From Macrostomum lignano (taxonomy: Eukaryota), in contig NIVC01001584.1 in NCBI GenBank assembly GCA_002269645.1, positions 92,807-156,806 of the forward strand: a DNA stretch of 64,000 bases. Direction: 5' to 3'. The notes under the pieces are model-generated. The model did no database searches. It was not told where the DNA came from and saw only the letters and a program-made list of their open reading frames with translations. Each line of letters opens with the position of its first letter. Positions within the stretch are counted from its first letter, which is position 1. The position numbers were made by a program, and so were the translations under genes. Positions 37,683-47,613 of the stretch are shown piece after piece.

Positions 37683-38483
37683 TTAAATTAAAATTCTTTT
37701 CTCCTTATTAATCATGACAAACTGATAGGGTTGGTTCCACTTTTCATAGCATATGTTAACAAATTCCTCCTGTGATATTGTTCTGTTAGAGTTCTTAGCT
37801 GGATATGTAATGTGAGCTGGGGCAATGACTTCATTATAAAATCGTTTCAGTCGATCCTGTGGTATGGTTGGGAAAAGGAGAATCAAATTACAGTTACCTC
37901 TAATTGTTTTATTTGGCAGTTCAAACCAGTTTTGGGCAATGTAAATAACATTGCAATTATTATGTCTACCCCGGGTGAAATAATTTTCTATCTGTTTCTG
38001 GGGACCGGTCATGCAGTCATCGAAGACAATCAGGTGCTTTCTCCCCTTTTCTAGTTCATCAGGTTGAGGTAAGAGTTTAGTTTTAGGATCTATCTGTGGA
38101 TCTCCATAAGTGAAAACTTTAATGTTTTGCCATTTTTCATTGTCTGGGATGTGCTTTGCGTATTCAGTGGCTACAACTTCCGGGTTGCTGTTGAGGTCTT
38201 TTTGATGTCTAAAACATTGAATAATATCTTCCTTGTTGAGTTTGTTCTGTAGGCCCGCTACTAGCATTTTATACTCATCTTGATACAGAGTGGGTGAATA
38301 GATATGTAGTGTGTCATAATCGAGGAATCCAGGTCTGAGGAGCATGTTAAAAACTCTGAAGGTTTTCCCTGACCCAGATGAGCCAACAACAATGCATCGG
38401 AAGTGCCCTGGAATTATCTCGTTGTGAGCAAATTTTATCTGATTGCGTGTCCAGTGGGGATGAAAGTCGTTTGTGAAGTCCAT
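37683..38483 (-). CDS. A32/FtsK-HerA family DNA packaging ATPase, 266 aa
   Basis: Walker A IVVGSSGSGKT, Walker B LIVFDD, and the A32-family motif RGRHNNCNVIYIAQ. Confidence 0.93.
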   Translation of the reverse strand: MDFTNDFHPHWTRNQIKFAHNEIIPGHFRCIVVGSSGSGKTFRVFNMLLRPGFLDYDTLHIYSPTLYQDEYKMLVAGLQNKLNKEDIIQCFRHQKDLNSNPEVVATEYAKHIPDNEKWQNIKVFTYGDPQIDPKTKLLPQPDELEKGRKHLIVFDDCMTGPQKQIENYFTRGRHNNCNVIYIAQNWFELPNKTIRGNCNLILLFPTIPQDRLKRFYNEVIAPAHITYPAKNSNRTISQEEFVNICYEKWNQPYQFVMINKEKRILI

Positions 38484-38682
38484 TTTTTATGTAAAAAAAC
38501 TTTTTCTTTTTAAAATTGTGTATTTAAGACGCGTGTGTCTTTTTTCGGGATGTGTATGTGTGTGTCTCTTTGCGGGATGTGTGTGTCTTTTTTTCGGGTT
38601 GTGTGTGTCTTTTTTTTCTACTAGTCCTACATCCGACTAGTCCTACACCCTCACACCTCTTTTACCGTCAGGGTGCACCAAA

Positions 38683-39063
38683 TTAGTCAAATTTAAAACC
38701 GCCTCCTTTCTTATATTCAGCTCTCATCTTTGCGTAGATGGCTGGATCGACACTATCTGCACTCGGTGCAAGGGGTTGAATATCTGGTATTGATTTCCGG
38801 GTTTCATTAACTGTATCCTTTATCTTTTTGGCTGCTGTGGCTACACTGCCAGCCGCTTCGGCAACGTTCTTGATGTTCTCTTTGTTCTCTCCAATGACCT
38901 TAAAAATCTTGGCCCCCTGAGCGATCAAATCGGCAAGACCGTTCCCAGAGCGTTCTTTTCTTGGATAGTGGCCTGCAGGGAAAAGTCCAGATCCGCGTTT
39001 AATGAGATTAAGTTCCTCTTTGTCGTAGTATTTGTCAATGTCTTTTTCGAAAATAATTGGCAT
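38683..39063 (-). CDS. 126-aa basic/amphipathic protein with GxG motifs; candidate virion core or membrane-active precursor
   Basis: Likely start aaaaagATG at 39063 (the ORF track start at 39168 overlaps the upstream gene); KRGSGL, RSGNGL and KKGGGF motifs; amphipathic GLADLIAQGAKIFKVIG. Confidence 0.65.
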   Translation of the reverse strand: MPIIFEKDIDKYYDKEELNLIKRGSGLFPAGHYPRKERSGNGLADLIAQGAKIFKVIGENKENIKNVAEAAGSVATAAKKIKDTVNETRKSIPDIQPLAPSADSVDPAIYAKMRAEYKKGGGFKFD

Positions 39064-39079
39064 CTTTTTAAATAGAAAT

Positions 39080-40189
39080 TTATTTTTTGTTAAACCGTGA
39101 AAGCAAAAGTTCTCTTGCTCTTTTATCGATATATTTTCTCTCAAGCATTTTGTCCAGGATGTTGACAAATTCTTTTCTATTCTCGTCTTTCATTCCGGTC
39201 TTTGCCGCTCCTAGAAGAACAGCTAACCGCTTGTAGAATTCAGGCATGCCTTTTCCGGAAGAGCTTGGAGGTGATTCGAATGATTGGTCAGAGGAGGAAC
39301 TGTCATGTGGCGCTTGTCTTTGTTGAGGTGTGAATACTCTGTCATTGATTCGCTTCATTCGTTCTGGGGAGAGCCGCTCTAATTGTCGCCAAGTATCAGG
39401 GTTCGTATCTTTGTACTGCGAAACAACAATCGGTTCTGCGGCGTCAAGTTGATCAAGTACTTGTTCAACCTGGGTTTTTTGTTGTTGTGGTTGCTGCTGT
39501 TGTTGTCTTATGACCTCTTCTTGATCTGGCAAACCAAACCATTGTTTAAAGTATTTGTATTTTCTAAACCTGTTCAAGTCAATCCTGTTTTCATGTAAAA
39601 CTTTCAAAACACCGTTGTTCTTGAGAATGTCTATGTCCCTCTCTAAAGCGAAGGTAACAAGATCTTTGTAATTTTTTAGCTGCTTTTCAGACGTTTTCTC
39701 TAGATTTTTAGTCATGTAATCAAGTAAAGTTTTAGTGTAGGGGATTCTTTTAGTTTCTGCACCTTTATTGATTGAAATATTTTCCTTTGTTACTTCAATG
39801 TTGTAATCCACCGGTTCCTTGGTAATTTCTTTTCGCCAGGCGCTAATTCCAAAAATATATTTTCCATCAACCATTACGGGGCCAAAAAAGTTATCCGTCA
39901 CATTCATCTGCACTGGTTGTCCTGGTTGCTGAGCCTGTGGTTGTTCCGGTGAAGATGGGATTTTACCCAATGTGTTTTGCAACTGGCTCTCTTGAATATC
40001 ATCAATTGTTTCCTTCACAGTGTCGATGTTTTTCTTCGCTTCTGTGTATCCAGGTTTGTGAAATTCGGTGGCTGCTTGGACGAATTCATTGTAAGATTGT
40101 TGTTCTTTGTTGATTAGTCCGGTAACTCGTTTCTCTGCTTGCGCCAGCTTTTCTAGTTCAGAGATATGATATGAACTTTTCCGCTTCAT
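39080..40189 (-). CDS. 369-aa conserved Polinton-type protein (resembles PZ/core-type proteins)
   Basis: The C-terminal GKG..FYKRLAVLLGAAKTGMKDENRKEFVNILDKMLERKYI resembles the conserved 'RLxLLxAsxxAGN...EixxIldeL' ending of Polinton proteins (recalled from memory, not searched). Confidence 0.6.
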   Translation of the reverse strand: MKRKSSYHISELEKLAQAEKRVTGLINKEQQSYNEFVQAATEFHKPGYTEAKKNIDTVKETIDDIQESQLQNTLGKIPSSPEQPQAQQPGQPVQMNVTDNFFGPVMVDGKYIFGISAWRKEITKEPVDYNIEVTKENISINKGAETKRIPYTKTLLDYMTKNLEKTSEKQLKNYKDLVTFALERDIDILKNNGVLKVLHENRIDLNRFRKYKYFKQWFGLPDQEEVIRQQQQQPQQQKTQVEQVLDQLDAAEPIVVSQYKDTNPDTWRQLERLSPERMKRINDRVFTPQQRQAPHDSSSSDQSFESPPSSSGKGMPEFYKRLAVLLGAAKTGMKDENRKEFVNILDKMLERKYIDKRARELLLSRFNKK

Positions 40190-40219
40190 TTCTTATTTTG
40201 TTTTATTTTTAGTTAAAAA

Positions 40220-41506
40220 ATGAACGACCCACTGGCACCAGTTTTCTACAAAATTAACAAGCCTATTTTGAGTGATGATAGCACAATCAAAGCGACACAA
40301 GTTAGAGTTCCGAGTCACGAGAACCAGAATGAAACTAATTTGGGTCCAGGTCAAACACTGACATTTACATACAATGGATGTTCGTCTCTGGTTAGTGTGC
40401 ACAGTCTTAAGAGCGGATTCCATATGACATTTCAATTCAAGACAAAAGGTGGTGCGGATGCGGCTCGTGCTAACGTTGACAAGCATGATGCGGATGTGGC
40501 TCTGATCAGTAACTTTTGGGCGTACATGTTCAAGGAGTTTAGTGTATTGAATGGGAGCACAGAGTTGGAGCGAATCGCCAACTTTGGAATTGTCTATGAC
40601 GCTCATTGTTTGATCGAGAATCCTGATTTTATTCAGTTGGGAAGTGGTGCGGGTTTTATTGCAGACGAAAAAGAAGGAGATATCAATGACAGTGGCTATA
40701 AAAATAGGAAGAAGAGATACAACTATGCATTGCAAGGTGCAGATGATGCTGCTAAGAACCCGCTGTATCGGTCTGTTGATGTATTTGTACCATTGAGATT
40801 CATGAGTGGATTCTGTAATACATTTAATCGACTGACTAGTAACTTTAGCTACACATTTAGACTGACTAGAGATGATCGCAGTAGAGTGTTGTGGACTGGG
40901 GCGGACCACACTGGGATGGCTGTGAAGCTAACCGGAATCGAGCTGTATTTGGAAGTCATTGAGCCAAAGACTGCACTAAAAGCTGATTATCTCAAGGCAA
41001 TAGAGAAGGACATTGATGTTGCATACACGGCCTACATGTGTCGAGATGAGCGAAACGAAACTAGAACAAACATCTGCATTAAAGAGGGATCATGCAGCAA
41101 TCCAAGGTATATTATTATTAACATGAGAAACCCAAATAGCATTATACGCTACATGCATGGAGACGTGCGGTCCATTCAGCATGAAATCAGTGATAATCTT
41201 TACCCTGCACTGCCACAAAATGGAGATTTCAGTCAGAACAAGATTAGCAAATTTTACAACGAGTTGGTCGACTTGGCTGTGAAAGAGAACAATGGAATTG
41301 CTATCACTGCTCTTCAATATGGAACTCTATATCCGATGTTTGGCGCTGATGTGTCTGCCAGACAAATGCCTACTGATAACAGCCCTGTGAATATCGTGAC
41401 TAACATTGAGAGGACTGCCGCAACACCTGTGGACTTGTACATTATCTATGCATTTGAGAGGAAGGTGAAGCTTAACATGATCAACAATTCATCCAGTAAA
41501 GTTTAA
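40220..41506 (+). CDS. Major capsid protein (double jelly roll, Polinton/adintovirus hexon-like), 428 aa
   Basis: SDDSTIK..., LISNFWAYMFKEFSVLNGSTELERIANFG, ...LYPMFGADVS...PVNIVTNIE...LYIIYAFERKVKLN follow the Polinton MCP pattern; adjacent to penton and ATPase genes. Confidence 0.88.
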   Translation: MNDPLAPVFYKINKPILSDDSTIKATQVRVPSHENQNETNLGPGQTLTFTYNGCSSLVSVHSLKSGFHMTFQFKTKGGADAARANVDKHDADVALISNFWAYMFKEFSVLNGSTELERIANFGIVYDAHCLIENPDFIQLGSGAGFIADEKEGDINDSGYKNRKKRYNYALQGADDAAKNPLYRSVDVFVPLRFMSGFCNTFNRLTSNFSYTFRLTRDDRSRVLWTGADHTGMAVKLTGIELYLEVIEPKTALKADYLKAIEKDIDVAYTAYMCRDERNETRTNICIKEGSCSNPRYIIINMRNPNSIIRYMHGDVRSIQHEISDNLYPALPQNGDFSQNKISKFYNELVDLAVKENNGIAITALQYGTLYPMFGADVSARQMPTDNSPVNIVTNIERTAATPVDLYIIYAFERKVKLNMINNSSSKV

Positions 41507-41528
41507 ATATTTTTTTATGTGAAAAAAA

Positions 41529-42392
41529 ATGGAAGCGATTGCTGAAAGACTAAACAACATTGTTTCACACTCTAAGGAGAGCATTCCTATTACAATAACT
41601 GGTCGAATTAATGACTCAAACGGGATGTTTGTTGAAAAATTAGAGCAGGCGATTCGCCTGGATCCAGGCGCTAATTACCATGTCTATCTTAACGACTTCA
41701 CTGGTTGGTCAAACGTTCCCAATGTGATGGCAGCAAATAATAAGTTTTATTACAAATGGAAAGGTGCAGCAGCAGACCCTGTGGTATTCCATGTGAGCAC
41801 GCAAAGTGTGGATACCTACAATAACTTTCTAGAAAATGTCTTTACTAAGAGAGGCCATTTCGAGACACCTGATGCGAGTAAGCCAGAGAAGAAACTGTTC
41901 CCTGTCAAACTAACCTATGATCTCACTGTAATGAGAGTGGTCATGCAAGTTCACAAAGATGCGGAAGTTGAGTTTAAAGATGACACTTGGTATAGGGAAC
42001 TGGGATTCGAGAAGAAAGTTTATAAGGCAGAATCCGCGGCGCGGACCGCCACTCAAGCATCGGGGACTGTTAGAATGGTCCGGGAAAGTGTAAGCGGTTT
42101 GTTCTTAGCACCCAATATTGCAGACATTGTAAAGGGTTTGAATATTCTAATCAGAAGCAATCTCAGTCTTGATTGGGTATTTAAGGGAAAGCGAACGAAT
42201 ATTTTGTACAATATCTCCAACTCTGTAGCTGGAGGACAGATGGTGGTAGAGAAACCAAATCCAGTGAAAAGAGTTGTATTGAGTAATAAGGAGATTCACG
42301 AGATTGTGCTACAGTTTGAGACTGAAGATGGGATGGGTGTTGATTTCAACGGTGAAGAGTTTGTATTGACGTTGATCATTGAGAGAATTTAA
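41529..42392 (+). CDS. Minor capsid protein (penton-like), right copy, 287 aa
   Basis: Directly downstream of the MCP; identical to the left copy. Confidence 0.87.
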   Translation: MEAIAERLNNIVSHSKESIPITITGRINDSNGMFVEKLEQAIRLDPGANYHVYLNDFTGWSNVPNVMAANNKFYYKWKGAAADPVVFHVSTQSVDTYNNFLENVFTKRGHFETPDASKPEKKLFPVKLTYDLTVMRVVMQVHKDAEVEFKDDTWYRELGFEKKVYKAESAARTATQASGTVRMVRESVSGLFLAPNIADIVKGLNILIRSNLSLDWVFKGKRTNILYNISNSVAGGQMVVEKPNPVKRVVLSNKEIHEIVLQFETEDGMGVDFNGEEFVLTLIIERI

Positions 42393-42396
42393 GAAA

Positions 42397-42633
42397 TCAC
42401 AATTGCTTAATGATTTCTGCAAAGTTATAGTAGCTGTCGTAATCGTTAATGACTACTCCATACTTATGAAACCAGTGTCTTTGGAGAGCTAGATTAATAT
42501 TAGGGACATTGATATCAACGTCGGGCCAATATTTTCTCATGTACTCGCTGCATTCTAGTTTGCATCGGTACTTGGATTTGTACAATGGATTAGGCTGAGT
42601 ATAATAAGAACCTGGAGAGACAACTGGAAACAT
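42397..42633 (-). CDS. 78-aa orphan protein, right-arm copy
   Basis: Same protein as 35024-35260; one synonymous difference seen. Confidence 0.6.
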   Translation of the reverse strand: MFPVVSPGSYYTQPNPLYKSKYRCKLECSEYMRKYWPDVDINVPNINLALQRHWFHKYGVVINDYDSYYNFAEIIKQL

Positions 42634-43559
42634 TTTTATTGAGAATTTAATTTTTTCAAAGGGTAAGGACCCTGCGCTGATAATTTAAAGTCTTAGGGAT
42701 CTGATTTCGCGTTGCAAATTGAATGTGGGCCCATGGGGAGAAGAATGCAGATTATTTTCTGATTGTTTCGAACATGCTATGGGTGGATGTCGGTGTCAGT
42801 GAGCATAACAGGTATCAGTGGACACCTGCTCTGATTCTGTCAGGGATAATATGGATGGATTTAATGGGATTATGTTCGAAGTTTTCGGAGCAAGTGCGGC
42901 CCCTCCCCTTTTTCATGATTCTGTCAGGGATAATATGGATGGATTTAATGGGATTATGGAGGAGGTTTTGTGAGCAGGTGCGACCCCCCTTTTTTTCTGA
43001 TTCTGTCAGGGATAATATGGATGGATTTAATGGGATTATGGAGGAGGTGAAAAATTTTGTCCCAGAAGTCCCCTCATGCTTTCTACTTCGATTTGTTATA
43101 AATGCGAAATATAAATGCTTTAGACGCAACTCAGAGTGATTCTGCAGTGACTCACGACTCAGATAGGACTCTGTGTCATTTCAGAGTACACAAGTAGACG
43201 TGAGTTGGCTACTCCATAGACCTCTTTAAGCCATAGACATTTTTATGCCTCTCATTGTGTGCTACTTCCGTTGTACTAATCTGTTCTAAATTGGATAGCA
43301 AGCTCTCTGAGATGGTGGGGTGGGTAGAATGAAGACTATGTCTGTCTGCCTTAATTTGAGGTGTGAGCAATCCACTTTTTTATAGAATTCTAGGCCAGTG
43401 AAACTGAATTTTTAATTTGTACCTCAGTGCATGTCAAGAATGGTTGTACAGTCAGTAAGGTTTGCAGGGTTCAAAAAAGGACAAACGTTCTAGAATGGTT
43501 TTGGGGTCTTAAGAAGGCTTACAGGGTCTCAAGAAAAGTTGTACGGTCTCAAGAAGGGT

Positions 43560-44600
43560 TGTAGGGTCTCGAAAGATCTCGGTATTAGGGTCTCGAGAAG
43601 GGTATTAGGGACTCGAGAAGGATTTTAGGGTCTCGAGAAGGATTTTAGGGTCTCGAGAAGGGTGTAGGGTCTCGAGAAGGGTATTAGGGTCTCGAGAAGG
43701 GTATTGGGGTCTCGAGAAGGGTATTAGGGTCTTAAGAAGGCTTACAAGGTCTCAAGAAGGGTTTTAGGATCTCGAGAAGGGTTTTAAGGTCTCGAGAAGG
43801 GTTTTAGGGTCTCGAGAAGGGTTTTAGGGTCTCGAGAAGGGTTGTAGGGTCTCGAAAAGGGTTTTAGGGTCTCGAGAAGGATTTTAGGGTCTCGAGAAGG
43901 ATTTTAGGGTCTCGAGAAGGGTGTAGGGTCTCGAGAAGGGTATTAGGGACTCGAGAAGGATTTTAGGGTCTCGAGAAGGATTTTAGGGTCTCGAGAAGGG
44001 TGTAGGGTCTCGAGAAGGGTATTAGGGTCTCGAGAAGGGTATTGGGGTCTCGAGAAGGGTATTAGGGTCTTAAGAAGGCTTACAAGGTCTCAAGAAGGGT
44101 TTTAGGATCTCGAGAAGGGTTTTAAGGTCTCGAGAAGGGTTTTAGGGTCTCGAGAAGGGTTTTAGGGTCTCGAGAAGGGTTGTAGGGTCTCGAAAAGGGT
44201 TTTAGGGTCTCGAGAAGGATTTTAGGGTCTCGAGAAGGATTTTAGGGTCTCGAGAAGGGTGTAGGGTCTCGAGAAGGGTATTAGAGTCTCGAGAAGGGTA
44301 TTAGGGACTCGAGAAAGATTTTAGGGTCTCGAGAAGGGTGTAGGGTCTTGGGAAGGGTATTAGGGTCTCGAGAAGGGTATTGGGGTCTCGAGAAGGGTAT
44401 TAGGGTCTTAAGAAGGCTTACAAGGTCTCAAGAAGGGTTTTAGGATCTCGACAAGGGTTTTAAGGTCTCGAGAAGGGTTTTAGGGTCTCGAGAAGGGTTT
44501 TAGGGTCTCGAGAAGGGTTGTAGGGTCTCGAAAAGGGTTTTAGGGTCTCGAGAAGGGTTGTAGGGTCTCAAGAAGGTTTCAGGGCCTCAAAAAGGGTTAA
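43560..44600. repeat. ~20-bp minisatellite (gggtctcgagaagggtttta) with a 338-bp higher-order period, Rab2 intron 4
   Basis: The variant block cttaagaaggcttacaagg recurs at 43731, 44069 and 44407. Confidence 0.93.
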
Positions 44601-44742
44601 ATGGTCTCAAGAAGGCTTTCAAGACCCCTGAGAACTTCATGTATTTGAAATGTGTCCAGAAAATTTACAGATTGCAGGGATGGCTAAACAAGAATTCAGA
44701 CAGGTCTTAGTGACGCACACGCCAGTACATGCCCGACGTTGA

Positions 44743-45072
<330 letters not shown>

Positions 45073-45229
45073 ACTTGACAACTGGATTGTGCAAAACGCA
45101 GAATAACTTTGAAGGGCGATCGGCAATATTAGCAATCCATAATTACCTGGCAGGCCGTTTCTTAGAATATGCCCTAATATAGGGGTTTAAAATTCTATTT
45201 CAATGAATTAATGCTCTCGCAAGAATTAC

Positions 45230-45800
45230 CCCTAGATATTTCTAATAATCACCCATAGATATTTATATGAATTGCCCTAGATGTTTCTAAGAACTGTCCC
45301 TACATATTTCTAAGAATTTATATTTATAGGCTAGATATTTATATGAATTACCCTTAGATATTTCTAAGAATTGCCTTAGATGTTTCTAAGAATTGTCCCT
45401 ACATATTTCTAAGAATTATCCCTAGATATTTATATGAATTACCCTTAGATATTTCTGAGAATCACCCCCAGATATTTATTAGAATTGCCCTAGATATTTC
45501 TAAGAATTTCCCTAGATGTTTCTAAGAATTCTCCCTACATATTTCTAAGAATTTTCCCTAGATATTTGTATGAATTGCCCCTAGATATTTCTGAGAATCA
45601 CCCCCAGATATTTATTAGAATTACCCTTAGATATTTCTAAGAATTGCACTAGATATTTCTAAGAATTGCCCCTACATATTTCTAAGAATTGTCCCTAGAT
45701 ATTTCTAAGAATTGCGCCTACATATTTCTAAGAATTGCCCCTACATATTTATATTACTTGTCAATTCATATTTTTAAGATTGTCCCTAGATATTTATAAG
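45230..45800. repeat. Degenerate ~21-22-bp tandem repeat (ccctagatatttctaagaattg) downstream of the Rab2 stop
   Basis: Recurrent ccctagat/ccctacat + atttctaagaatt units. Confidence 0.88.
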
Positions 45801-46724
45801 AGGGGCCTGTAAATTTTTAAAAATATTTTCCTTCAACGTTTTGGGGAATTTAAAATCATAAGAATTAAACAAAAAAAAACTATGTTAAGTTTGAATCTGA
45901 TACAAATTATCTGTAATTAAATATCTGTAACCCGCTTTAAATAATTGCATTGCAAAATTCGGATGTCAGATTAAAATTATTTTGTTTGTTTCAACGTGCC
46001 CAAATTTGTCTTGTGTTGTGCTTTAAATGGTTTTCTTTGTTTTAATTATGCATGACTTATACTCTGAGCAGCCCATTTTATTGATGACTTTCTGCTGTTG
46101 ATGGGCAGTGAACTAATTTTAGAAAATCCCAAATTGCTTTATTATTTTATTCAACTGTGTTGTGTTTCAATTAATTGCTTTACCTTGAGTAGTTTGTCAC
46201 CACTGTTACTTTTTAGTCTACTGATGTTGTTTTCCTCTCTTTTTTTATTTCAGCTTTCTGAACTGATTTTATTAATACAGTTTCTAACTTTGTTATATTT
46301 GTTATTATTGATTTTATTTTTGACTCGTATTAAAACAAAATTCCATAGAAACTTAGCGATATAATTATTAGCCAAGTTCCGTTTTTCCGTTTTACTTTGC
46401 ACAAATGAAAAAAAATTGTCACACAAGCGTTGGTAAGACTGTCTGAGCTGGTGAATAAATATTCGTTATTGATGATCAAATATTTGCCACAATTATATTC
46501 TGGTCCCAAAACCCCCAGCAGGGATTTTGCTTACAAAAACATGAGAACAATGTTTTATTCTCAACTTGTATTGTGCTTATTATATTCCAATAATATATAT
46601 TATCTAGTTGATGTTGTTTGAAATCAGTTTTAAACATCAGGTTTTACACAGTCTCTTTATTTCATTTTATGATCAGTCAAATTTGGTGTTTAAAAAGCAA
46701 TGTACAATTTTTGAACAGAGAAAG

Positions 46725-47255
<531 letters not shown>

Positions 47256-47613
47256 AAACAGTGACAAATGGGGATGAACTACAAAAGTACAGCTGAACTT
47301 TCGCAGAAACTTTTCTTGATTGCCCATTTCCGCTAGCATTTCGTAAATAGATAGCTCGATTGATACACTTGTGATTGCATCTAGAACTTGCCTCATTTTA
47401 AAGTCAAAGTTCGGAAGTTCAGATGGTGATTTAAATGAGATTTTTGTTTTGGTAAAAAGCTTGATAATTTTCTATCACGCACTGAAATTCCGTCACCTTG
47501 AGCTTCATTAGTAAAGTGCAATGTCACCAGAGTAAACAGACTAGCACGAACTTATATCGTGTGCTGAGTATCATCAGTCGCTTTCTTTAAGCCCTTATAA
47601 TAGTAATTTCAGG

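Larger units (their letters stand above)
34569..43087. mobile_element. Polinton/Maverick (adintovirus-like) non-autonomous element, 8519 bp, in Rab2 intron 4; virion module only
   Basis: Ends AGTAGAAAGC...GCTTTCTACT, 6-bp TSD TCGATT (34563-34568 and 43088-43093), long TIRs, MCP-, penton- and A32/FtsK ATPase-like genes. No pPolB, integrase or protease ORF. Confidence 0.92.
41337..43087. repeat. Right inverted arm (1751 bp): MCP 3' end, penton, 78-aa ORF and terminal repeats
   Basis: Reverse complement of 34569-36320. Confidence 0.95.

Noticed and set aside
40193-40909. 238-aa ORF antisense to the MCP (and other antisense ORFs over LRAT, penton, ATPase and lipoprotein exons, e.g. 7217-7825, 36215-36592)
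   Set aside because: Shadow frames of real genes with no independent motifs or start context.
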